Below, one piece after another: positions 13,006 through 31,899 of a stretch of 64,000 nucleotides of DNA. Position 1 is the first letter of the stretch. Each line of letters opens with the position of its first letter. The notes under the pieces were generated by a model. That model did not search any database. It saw nothing but the letters and a program-made list of their open reading frames with translations, and was not told where the DNA came from. The stretch is taken from NCBI RefSeq assembly GCF_009914755.1, contig NC_060927.1; one strand, given 5' to 3'. The position numbers and the translations under genes were made by a program. This stretch comes from the human T2T-CHM13v2.0 reference genome, Homo sapiens.

Positions 13006-14569
13006 AGTTCCCCAACCCGCATGGAGAACACCCTTTGCTCCCACTGACCTCACAGGACGGGTTAAGTTGAGAGAACTACAGCATCAGCAATGTGCCAGGG
13101 CACTTAATAGCCCTACGAAAGTCAGTCCAAAAAAGAAAGATGGAGAAAGCATAGCCGTGGACTGGGCACCTCTTCCAGAAGCAATGGTGAATGGCCCCTG
13201 ATTCATGGCTGGGGCACTCAGTGTTCCTCCCTCCCCTCTTTCTACAGCTGTTTCGTTTTGATACAGTGCTGCCCTATGTCATGTTTCACAATGAATTATC
13301 TGGTGACCCTGTGCCAGTATATGAAGATATTGCCAAGCAATAGATATCAACATTAGAAGGTCACAGCACATCCTATCATAGAGCAAAGAGTATGAACTGT
13401 AAGTCAATACAGATTTAAATCTCTGTTGCATCACTTACTAGCTGAGTTGACTTGGGGTAAAAGATTTACCCATTCTGATTGTTTCTTCTTCTGTAAAAAT
13501 GAAGGAAAATTGTAACTATAAGACATAATGCATGCAAGTCCAAGTACTGCCACACAATGAGCCCTCAACAAATATAGAATTTCCTTCTCTAATGTGATTA
13601 AAGATGGATTAATTAAGCATTAGTGAAACAGCCCTCAAAATGCACATGCTGACAGAGGGAACTGGCTTTACATGAATGGGTTAGCTTTTAGGAAAACAAA
13701 TGTCATTCTCTGATACAGGCAAGAAATCCATCCATACGCTCTTCAAGTATGCCATCAGGAGTGAATTCTGAGATCTCTACATGTGTCCACACTGGAAAAG
13801 ATGTGGCTACTTGTGGGGCACCCCCAAGATCAGCCCAGGGGCTGATTTCATTCGGCGCATATATTACTGACCTCACTAATGAATGGGTAATGACATGATG
13901 AGGCTTGGAGATAGGTCAGAAATGCATGTCTCCTGATTTGACAGGTGGGCTACACAATTGAAAGTGTTATGGAGAGACAACACTTGATTTATAGAAGGTA
14001 ACTTTAGCAGTCAAAGTCAGGAGGCAGGAGGGAATGAGTATAAGCCATATGATATTCTCAAGGTCAAAGAACTCTAAGACAGAGGTAGGAAAATCTAGCG
14101 TTGAGGTCATTTAGCTGGAGTTCTCAAAGGATTCTTACACAGTTTTTAGGGAATCTGTGAAATCCCTAAAACTGTGTGAAACAGTATGTGGGTATGTGTG
14201 GTTTTGGGGCAGAAACTCTACTTCTCTAGATTTTCAAAAGGGTTAAGAACACAGATTCCAAATTCAAATCCTGACTTTGCTAATTTCTAACTGTGTAATT
14301 GTTAGTTTGTAACCTCTCTGGAAAAAATAGTAAAACGTATTCCATACGACTGTAATGATAAATGAGTTAATATTTCTAAGGCACTTAGAAAAGTACCTGA
14401 GATATAGTCAGTGTTTATTAATAATCATTATAATCTTGAATATAGAAGGAATTGCTTAGGTCCCAGATTACTGGATGCTGGACAAATCTTGCCCTAAAAT
14501 TAATGAGCAAATCATTTGAGGAATCTGAGCATCAGATGTCCAATATATAAAATGAAATGCCTCCCAGCT

Positions 14570-15740
<1,171 letters not shown>

Positions 15741-17102
15741 TAAATTTGATCATGTTCATGGACTGCTTCATAAACTACAAAAAAGCTAATTATCTTCATT
15801 ATTATTGCCATTAGCTTACAGTATGGGCCTCGCAAGTTCTTATTTAACCTCTCTCACCCTTAAATTTTCCATCTACTTCAATGGGGATAATAATCACTTT
15901 CCAATTCTAATTCATAAGTATGCATGGATATAAAATGAAATTTTCTATGAAACATCACATTCTTTCTGGGAAAGATATACAAATCCGACATCATACTATT
16001 AAACGGCATTAAATTCAAAGAGATGAGACAGTTTACAACAATGATTTACACAATGTTTAATAATGAGAAGACAGTTATAGCTCTGAAATACATGGTTTAA
16101 CACAAGAACCAGATCACCATGATACTTTCAATCATATAAATGAAAACTTAGTTTTTTGAACTGACATATGTCTATTTTTGAGGACTCTTTTCCAGAAGAC
16201 AAAATGTTGTGTATATTTTTGTATGTGTATACTTTTTTATATATGTATATATAAAAAAGTGTGTGTGTTTGGGCTTAAAATTGTGCAAACTTTCATATGT
16301 ACAGATGGGAAATAAACAATTTAGTCAAAAGCCTGAGTCCCTGGAGTTGGTTGCTATAATAAAGCTGAGGCAGTAATACTTTTTATAAAATGTTTTCAGA
16401 CTTTAATATAAACCATTGATATCCTGGAGCAGCAGAACTGTGTCATAGGAAATAATCAAAAATCATAATTAAGCACTGACAATTATTCAAAGTATTTGGA
16501 GAAATCCATTTGGGTCCCAAATGATACAGATTCTTGTTTGCATATCTAATTTTTTGAATTACTGCTAATCTCTTGTGATATACCGATTAGGAAATCACAA
16601 TAGAAACAGTTAGTTGGAATCCTGTCTTGTCGTACTAATAATCTTGGTGCCTCCAAAAATCAGACAGTTCTTGTATTCATTCATCTAAAAGTCCATTTTT
16701 GTTAGAGCAAATGGGACCTCATTTACTCCATTCCCCATTTCCAGGCAGAGATTCCTAAATTTCTCCCTGTAACACGTTTTATTCTTTAACAGTCCTCATC
16801 ATTGGCAAATATGTCCTCTGAGTCTCATCTAAATCCATTGTTAGACACCAACCAGAGCTAGAAATGTTGAGAGAAAAATTACTGACTAGTAAGTAAGAGA
16901 AGAAAACTCTTTAGTCTAAAACAAACAACAGAAGTCCACTAGGTCAGATTCTCACTGTATATTCCTCACAGTGATATGTGCAGAGGACATGTGCACATTC
17001 ACACAGTGCATGGGTATTTTCCCCTTAGAGAGGGAAAAATTCTTTACTATCAGGTACTTATTTTGGCACTTGAGTCTGCAAAATACAAAGTATTTCATAT
17101 TA

Positions 17103-17375
<273 letters not shown>

Positions 17376-17859
17376 TATGTATTTCATATCAAGAGGGAAT
17401 AAGATGGAAAATCCTATGGCCACATGACATCCCCTTGTAATACTGGTACCTCCCTAAGAAGGCACCTTGGAACTATGTCTGCCAACTACAATTCTGTTTG
17501 CCAAGTTTGTCAATATATTATTTCCCTCTGGCTTATGGTTCTCTCTCGCTAAAAAATGAGGGTTAAAAAGAAGATTTTCTTCAAGTGAAAGCTATTGTTC
17601 ACATACTGAAAATGTTTCCATGACAGTTCTATTTGTGGATCTTAGACACGAATGTAGATTTAGCCACATACATCCTCAAACTAAAACTAAACATTAAAAA
17701 TTATTGAAACCACATCTAAGCAGCAAATAATTCTATTTGAAATAAACCAAGATATTTGGGAAGTTTTATACAGAAGACAAATCTACATGGACCTCATTCA
17801 TTATGGGTCAAGAGGGTAGAGTGCTCATGTATCCATTTGGCAAGAACAAGAACACTAAC

Positions 17860-18075
17860 AACAGTTACCAGTGCCAACGCTTTACGTATATTATCTCATC
17901 TAATTTTCAGAAGAACCCAGTGAGGTAGGCGCTATCATCCCTGTTTTTCAGATGAGGAAACTGAGGTAAAGGGAAGTTAAGTAACTCATCCAAAGTCACA
18001 TAGATGATAAATGGTAGGGATAGGATTGGAATTCAGGTTGTCAAGTTCCAGAATCTGTACCCCTAACCATTATGG
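17860..18075. mobile_element. MIR
   Basis: tttttcagatgaggaaactgaggtaaagggaagttaagtaactcatccaaagtcacatag. Confidence 0.72.
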
Positions 18076-19163
18076 AGTGAGGATTTTCTTCAGTAATCTG
18101 TCCAATATGCAGCCAATCAAGATAATCTTGTTTTCAATTTCACAGCAAGACTATGTGTTTAATTTTCTTCATGATTGCCTCAATTATCCATTTAATCACC
18201 ATATTAACAATAACGATAATCAAAGTGTTTTTATTGCATGTCAGTGATGTGCCTTGCACTATAATAGGCACATTGCCTTGATCATCTCATTTAGCTGAAT
18301 CCCTTAAAAATTCCATGAAGGCAGAAATTTGCAGAGAGAAGAATTGAGGCAGAGAGGAAGTTTTATTGTCTTTCCTAAAGTCAAATACAAGGTGATAGAG
18401 AGCCAGAATCCGGGCTTTATGACCCATGCCCTCTGATTAGAATGCACTGCCCCTATCTCACTCTCTAGACATGCTGAATGATGCTTCAAATTATGATAAA
18501 AGTTTTATAATCATTTTCATGATATATATGATTAATGGTACTTATGCAAACATATCTGTACTGCGTAACCAAGGTTTTCCCTGAAGGTTCACAGACCTAA
18601 CCCTGAACATAATTGAGAGTTCATTTTCTTTCTAGTCTCTGGAAAGCATGGTATTTTGTAAAGCACATAACAAATGTGTTTAAAATAAAAATGATGATTC
18701 ATTATCAAATTTAGTGGCACTATCAAGCTCTGGTATAATTTTTTTTTCATGTATGTTTCACTGGATAATTAACTTCCAATTTTTTTCCTGACCTGTGAAA
18801 ACATTAACAGGTGATTTTATGAAGAATGATCTTCCCTATGACAGAAATGATGCAGTTTAAAGTCAAAATGAAATAATCTTCCAAATACTGTAGGCAAATA
18901 TTCAAACATTTCAGTGAAGGTTAATAATATTAAACAGAAACAAGATTTAATGATATTTTCTTATTCTTTGTTTATAACTAAAGCCACAAGTATTTCTGCA
19001 TTATTAGTGAAGTTACTAAATATTGAAGATTCGAGGCTATGAAACAGAAATATCTGAGATTTCTATGTTAAAGACAATTATCTTGTGTGTTTTTGTAATA
19101 GAAATATAACTGAATTACAAAATACCCCCAAATAATAGTGATATATACAAGATGGCAGTTGGG

Positions 19164-19189
19164 GTGTGTGTGTGTGTGTGTGTGTGTGT
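19164..19189. repeat. (GT)n microsatellite
   Basis: Run of gt dinucleotides. Confidence 0.9.
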
Positions 19190-21543
19190 CTATGTGTGTA
19201 CACATGAAAACTAAAGCTGGAGGAAAGCAGCATAACGTTGGACTCAACCTCATCTGGGTGCCAAGTTACTTCCATTATGTTGCTCCATTTTCAAAACAAA
19301 ACTCCTGCCTTATAGTACAAGACAGCCACTGAAGCTCCAGCCAGTCAGTCCTGCTTTCTAGCCAGCTAGAAGGAGGAAGGAGGCAGAGGCCACTTCCTTA
19401 AATGACATTTCCTGGAAGTCACTCAGATACTTCTGCTTTATCCCATTGACCAGAACCTAGTCCCAATGCAATATCCAACTACAAGAGTAGGACTGAAGTT
19501 TTGCCAGCTTAAAAAAAAAAATCAGTAAAAAGAAGAGGAAAATGAATCATTAGAAAGCAATTAAAAGACTACCAGGGCTTAAAAATGTAAAAAGATCAAT
19601 ACTTTAAAGTGAGACATTACCCTAAGGCTCTGTAGGTATCCTTACCCCAAAATCTAGTCCCTTGGCAAGTATATAAAATTTGAAACCTTAATCCAAATTG
19701 CATAATCCAGAACTAAAGATAGGCTTTTCTCTAGAGGAGTGATTATTATTGTTATGCTGTTTAAAAATGGTCTTTTGTTGAGCCTCTACCACCAATGTCT
19801 AGGAAAGGATGGGGGAAAAAGCAGAGACAAATCACAGTTGTAAGGTAAGAGCTCTTCTGGTGAAGTTTACCGGCATCAACATCTCCCATCAGCACAAACT
19901 AGTTCATTTAGTTTACAACATCGAGCTGACAAACAGCAGAAATCTTAGACTTGACTAAACTCTAAGGGAAGGGGAAATGGGAAACAGTAAAACCATCTGG
20001 TTGAGAACAAGAATTCAGGCTGGAATAAACAACCAAAGGAAAATCTGAGGTTGACACACCTACTTTTTGACATAATTGCCTGTTCCCATGGCTTAGTTCA
20101 CATTTTTTCACGATCAACTCACATGTACATTCTGCTGTTCTTTCTTCCTTTCCTTTTACACTTTACTGAGGAGCAAACCACCACTCCCCAACCCTCATGA
20201 ATGCCTGTGAAAGCCAAGGACACACAACATCCAAGCTTGGTGAGGAAAAACAAATAATCTAAGCTTGAATGCAAATTTAAGCGTAGGTATCGGGGTCTAT
20301 AGTTATCATGACCTGTGAACTATTTGAAGACCAAAACTAGAGACTTAAAGATCTCAGTGCAGTAGGTTATTCAACACACTAATGCGATTGGGAAAATCGA
20401 TTCTTAGTATAATGTGTAAACTAGAGAAAGCAGTCACTACTTTTTTAATGGTGAGACAAAGTGACAGGCCCATTTTCAGAGAAAGTTGTGGTCAAACTCT
20501 GGCTAAGCTAATTAGGGTTCTTGGTTCCAAACAAGAGAAACTAATTCTGGTTAATTAAACAGGAAAAGGAGCTTGTTGAAAAAATATTGGCTAGACCACA
20601 GGGTCTTCAAGAAGGCAGAAAGGTTTGGAAAGCAGCCAGGAACCAAAGCTAGGCTGCTAAGAGCCATATTATAACTAGAAACTGTCACGGAAACTCGTCA
20701 TCACAGGGTGGTACTTTTAGCTCTACCTTTAGCTCCACTGGACACAGGATGCTATCACTGTGGGTAGAGTAAGTTCTAAGTGGTTCCTGCTCCTTTGTTT
20801 CAACTATTCCACACTTTTCATCTCAGAAGGACATATCTGTCAGGTTGGCCAATTTTAGGTCAGATTTTCAGGCTCTGTCAGAGTCTGAGAGAACAAGAAC
20901 TTGGCTTCTTGAGCTTCTGTATTGGAAGACCGAGCTGCATATCCCAAGGCTCACATCATCACGATTTTCCCCAGATAGAAGTGTTAAGGTGTTGAACAGC
21001 CAAAAATGGAGCCCTTCACATAGAATCTACCACTTACCAGATGTGTGATTTGAACAAGTTACTTTAACTCTGTGTCTCAGTTCCACTACCTCTAAAAAGG
21101 GGATAATACATCTCTCATTAGGTCATTTTGAAGATGAAATAAGATTATATAAATAAAGTTATGAGGCCCACAGCAAGTATTCAATATATTGGCCTAAAGT
21201 GCAGTTGTGAAGAAAGAGCCTTTATCATAATTATAGAGGGGATTTGGAGGATTTGGATTAAATTCCAAATTCCATTTATTCTCTGTTGCCCTGAAGGTTT
21301 TGGCATGTGATTTGTTGATATGTCCCTTAAATTTCTTTTAATCTATCAATTTATCTTTCTGTTCCCCTCCCACCTCCCACTATCATCTATCTCTTCCTGT
21401 GATATTGTTATTGTTGAAGAAACCTGGTATTTTATTTTGAACAATTTCCGATAGCCAAGATTTTATTGATTTCTTCCCCATTTGACATGTGGCATGCTTC
21501 TCTCCCTGTATTTCCTGTGCTTTGATAGTTATATCTAGATGAG

Positions 21544-21936
21544 TGATATGGTTTCACTCTGTGTCCCCACCTAAATCTGATGTTGAATTGTAATCCCTAA
21601 TGTTGAAGGAGGGACCTAGTGGGAGGTGATTGGTTTAGGGGGGTAGATTTCCCCCTTCCTGTTCTCATGATAGTGAGTTCTCACAAGATCTGGCCGTTTG
21701 AAAGTGTATATCATTTCCCCCTTTGCTCTCTCTCTCTCTCTCTCTCTCTCCTGCCACCATGTGAAGACATTTTTGCTTCCCATTCTCCCTTCTACCATGA
21801 TTGTAAGTTTCCTGCAGCCTCCCCAGCCTTGCCTCCTGTACAACCCGTGGAACTGTGAGTCACTTCAGCCTCTTTTAAAAATAAATTACCCAGTCTCAGG
21901 TAGTTATTTATAGCAGTGTGAGAACGGACTAATACA
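21544..21936 (+). mobile_element. MST/THE1-family (ERVL-MaLR) solo LTR containing a (CT)n tract
   Basis: Starts TGATATGGTTTC...tgtgtccccacctaaatc and ends ttatagcagtgtgagaacggactaataca; nested in an old L1M fragment. Confidence 0.85.
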
Positions 21937-22304
21937 GTAAGTGATCAGATTCAGGTTCAATTTTCTGGGAAGACTACTCCATAAGCAACGTGTTGTGCTT
22001 CCATGTGTAATGTATAAATGTATAATGTTTAGTTATTTCTCTTTTTATGATGTCACTGATTATAATCGTTGCCTAGACCTATTCGTTCTTTAGGGCTTGC
22101 AAATGGTAATATTCCAATTCTATCATTCCTTCTTCATGTGTTACTTGAAGTGCTCTTACAAGAAGAAACTTCTCCTTATCTGGTTGGTCTGAAGTACAGT
22201 CATGAGGAAATACATGATAAATGCTTGATTCTTTCCCGTGATTAATCAATTTGCAAAATATGTTGGTTTTCTGTCATTCTCCAAAAGTGACCAAAGATTG
22301 GGTC

Positions 22305-22667
<363 letters not shown>

Positions 22668-23156
22668 TGAATTTGAATATATTTGATGTGTTTTAAACCA
22701 CTTTAGTCATTATCCTGACTAATGCTCAAACTGTCTGTGCCTTCTTTGGGCAGTGAGAGCCTTTTCTAGTAGCCTCCTAAGTCCTTTTGACAGGACGTTA
22801 GTAGTTTTGATGACTTTGTTAATTTTTTGACTTTTTTCTTATCAACCTGAGAGAATAAACTTTGCTTTTTGACATGCCAAAATGTTCCTACCCGCCACCT
22901 CCAGTTACCAAATCCCAGCAGCATTTTCTTTTTTTTTTTTAACTTTGTTTTTTTTATACTTTAAGTTTTAGGGTACATGTGCACATTGTGCAGGTTAGTT
23001 ACATATGTATACATGTGCCATGCTGGTGCGCTGCACCCACTAACTCGTCATCTAGCATTAGGTATATCTCCCAATGCTATCCCTCCCCCCCCCCCCACCC
23101 CACCACAGTCCCCAGAGTGTGATATTCCCCTTCCTGTGTCCATGTGATCTCATTGT

Positions 23157-26976
<3,820 letters not shown>

Positions 26977-27039
26977 TATGATGTTAGCTGGTGATTTTGC
27001 TCGTTAGTTGATGCAGTTTCTTCCTAGTCTCGATGGTCG

Positions 27040-27990
27040 TTACATTTTGGCATGATTTTGCAGCGGCTGGTACCGGTTGTTCCTTTCCATGTTTAGCGCT
27101 TCCTTCAGGAGCTCTTTTAGGGCAGGCCTTGTGGTGACAAAATCTCTCAGCCTTTGCTTGTCTGTAAAGTATTGTATTTCTCCTTCACTTATGAAGCTTA
27201 GTTTGGCTGGATATGAAATTCTGGGTTGAAAATTCTTTTCTTTAAGAATGTTGAATATTGGCCCCCACTCTCTTCTGGCTTGTAGGGTTTCTGCCGAGAG
27301 ATCCGCTGTTAGTCTGATGGGCTTCCCTTTGAGGGTAACCCGACCTTTCTCTCTGGCTGCCCTTAACATTTTTTCCTTCATTTCAACTTTGGTGAATCTG
27401 ACAATTATGTGTCTTGGAGTTGTTCTTCTCGAGGAGTATCTTTGTGGCATTCTCTGTATTTCCTGAATCTGAACGTTGGCCTGCCTTGCTAGATTGGGGA
27501 AGTTCTCCTGGATAACATCCTGCAGAGTGTTTTCCAACTTGGTTCCATTCTCCGCATCACTTTCAGGTACACAAATCAGACGTAGATTTGGTCTTTTCAC
27601 ATAGTTCCATATTTCTTGGAGGCTTTGCTCATTTCTTTTTATTCTTTTTTCTCTAAACTTCCCTTCTCGCTTCATTTCATTCATTTCATCTTCCATTGCT
27701 GATACCCTTTCTTCCAGTTGATCGCATCGGCTCCTGAGGCTTCTGCATTCTTCACGTAGTTCTCGAGCCTTGGTTTTCAGCTCCATCAGCTCCTTTAAGC
27801 ACTTCTCTGTATTGGTTATTCTAGTTATACATTCTTCTAAATTTTTTTCAAAGTTTTCAACTTCTTTGCCTTTGATTTGAATGTCCTCCCGTAGCTCAGA
27901 GTAATTTGATCGTCTGAAGCCTTCTTCTCTCAGCTCGTCAAAATCATTCTCCATCCAGCTTTGTTCCGTTGCTGGTGAGGAACTGCGTTC
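27040..27990 (-). pseudogene. L1 ORF1p lacking its first 22 codons (no native AUG); otherwise stop-free
   Basis: ERSSSPATEQSWMENDFDELREEG...REKG...ARREW...YPAKLS...QNHAKM*. The first in-frame ATG is at 27954 (canonical M35, giving 304 aa). Confidence 0.93.
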
Positions 27991-29002
27991 CTCAGATGGA
28001 AATGCAGAAATCACCCGTCTTCTGTGTCGCTCACACTGGGAGCTGTAGACCGGAGCTGTTCCTATTCGGCCATCTTGGCTCCTCCCCCATCAGCATTTTC
28101 TTTGAGATTACTTTTGCATCCGTCTCTTCTTTCATTTTCCTTTGCCCGGTGTCAAGTTCAATTCATAATGGCCCCATCATGAGACTGTTAACAGTTCCTC
28201 CTTTACTTGGTCCCCTTTTAAAATCTTTTCTCCTTACCCACACCAGAGAGACTTATCAAAAAAAGAAAAAAAAAAAAGCTGGCCCAGGTGGTCCCCAGTT
28301 TACTCTGAATTTCCTGACACCTGTCTCTACCTTCATGACTTTGTTGAAGATGATCCATAATTTCCACTTCTGAAAATTCCAGGAACATTATCAGGCCTCA
28401 GTTCAAAAGCCACCTCCCTCCAGGAGTTTTACAGGCCATGAACCATCCTTGTTTGCTTTTTTCTTCTGACATTTTTCCCTCAACACTTCATATCTGAGTT
28501 ATCTATTTACATGTCTATGTAGCATTGAATGAATAACTAGAAACATAAAATAACTCAGATCAGAGATATGTTACTGTTATTTCCAATATTCAATTACTCC
28601 TTTATTTTAAAAAATGTTTAAAAGATACTTGACTAATAACATTTTCTGGCACTGTTTCCCAATTCTCCAGTGAGATGTAAATGAGCTACAGCCCCTAGAA
28701 AGCCCATCTAAGCAGTGGCTCAAATGCTTTATCTTGCACTTGACATATTAATATTGCACAAAGAAAATGAGCTGAATTCCTAAGTGAACAGTAGGACAAA
28801 CAGGAAATGTCACTGTGATCAATACCACTTTTATCATGTCTTTCTGGAAGCAGAAGAAAAGAAAAAGAAAGAACTTCCAGAAAATAAAATATAATTCTAC
28901 CAGGTCAAGTCAGAATGAGTTCTATCATATTTAATCACATTGTTTTCAGTCTTTATGGCCTATGGTCAAGAATATAGTGATATTCTTGTGAGAAACCATC
29001 TA

Positions 29003-29692
<690 letters not shown>

Positions 29693-30466
29693 TCATTTCA
29701 TGCTGAACCTACTGCCGCTCCATTCCCTACATCTGAGCATTTTCAAGGCCATTAAAAAATATATATTTGGAATGAACTAAAATGCAGAAATGTCACCTCA
29801 GAAGGTTTTTAAAGTTATTTGCTTGCCATCAACTCCAACTCACAAGCTTAACACTTGCTAAGTTATATAAATTAAGAGAGAATTTGTGTGGTTGGAATTG
29901 ATAGACTAAAATTATGAACCTCCCCGTTAAAAAAGTAACTTTCTCTCTATGCATTCCTTTCGTAGTTTTGCTTTGTGAAGGTCATGGCAAGCAATCAATG
30001 TATCTGGTGGCAGGAACATTCATCTTTTTTGGTGCAGTCAATTTTGCTCTATCGTTTCAAATATAAAGAGTGTAATTTTAAGCTTCAAATCACTTCTCTG
30101 AAGAAAGACACTCCTATTAAAGACAAAACAATGTTGGGAAATGACTATAGGATTGGGTATTCTCTGCTGTCAAGGAATATCTCCATATTACAATGAGGAA
30201 AGTACTAATGCCTATCTTAAGGGCTTTATAGTTGCTTTCCTATGTGATGTGGGTGAGAACTATCACTGGGTGGAGAAAAATCTAGGTTGCAAAAGATTGC
30301 ATGTTATCTTCTGGTTGGCTGGGATTGTGTAGTCGTAAGTAACAAGAAGTTCTATTTTTCTGATCTTCTTCCCAATGTAAAACATCTACATTGAGCCTGA
30401 AAAATATTTCCTGTTTGTACTTGATAAATTCTTTATTTAAAAAGGCAAAGAGTAAAATTAAAATAG

Positions 30467-30937
<471 letters not shown>

Positions 30938-31899
30938 TGAGCTCTATTCAAAACAAAATATATATCTCAGCATGGAAGTTGGATTCCTCTCTCTTAAGAC
31001 ATCCTTGATTTTCACTAAATGTAAGTTCTGATTATTTTTTAAAACACCCCATAATAAAATTATCCTGATTTTAAATTTTTTAAAGTTTACGTACTATGTT
31101 ATCATGCCATGATTAGTAGTAATAGACAAGTAAATATTAGCCAAAGGAATTAGAAGAAAAGGTAAAAACATATTAGAAACCAAGCAAAGTTATTAATTTC
31201 ATTTACCATAAATGATTATCAGGAAGCACCAAGAGTAGCTTAAAACTATTTAGAATGCCAAGCAATAAATATTTTTTAAAATTATGGTTAACTTAAAAAT
31301 ATTTAGCTGAAGTAGCAAGTCACAAAACGTAAGTTGTCAAATGTCTAGTTTTGCTTATAATTTATAATTATTTGCCGATTTTGGGGGTATAGGATTTCAA
31401 CTTTGCCTTTATGCATGGGTTCGCTGATTGAAGTTTCATATCCTCCTTAACACACAGCATATCTGGCTATGATTTCCAGTTTTTGTTTCTTAAAAGAAGA
31501 GAAAAAAATTAAGGTGCTTAAGGGGCAATATGATAAAAAACTCCTTTAGATTTTTATACTTTTTCCCTAAAAATTTTATTGTAGTTTTGCCCAACTGCAA
31601 TTTAATATATTTTTAGACAGAATTGAATCTTCCCAAAGTAATCAACTTATTTAATATAAACAAAGACTATTCTTTGTTTTCACAATAATATGTCATTAAG
31701 TTATATAATATTTAATTATGGAATTTCAGTAACAACAGAAACAGAAACTAGCTGGAACACACTTGGAAAGTATAATTATTCTTGGTGAGCATATACCTCA
31801 GCTGATAGGGACAGAAGTGCTCAGGTGTATTAGAGAGTAGTCCATTAGCCCTGAGCTCCCATGTTTTGCAGAGGGAATAGAGAGCTTTGGTTAATGCAA

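Noticed and set aside
27969-28373. 134-aa plus-strand ORF crossing the L1 5' junction, a possible ORF0 fusion
   Set aside because: It has a non-ATG start, and the ORF0/antisense promoter region is within the spliced-out segment. Chance ORF.
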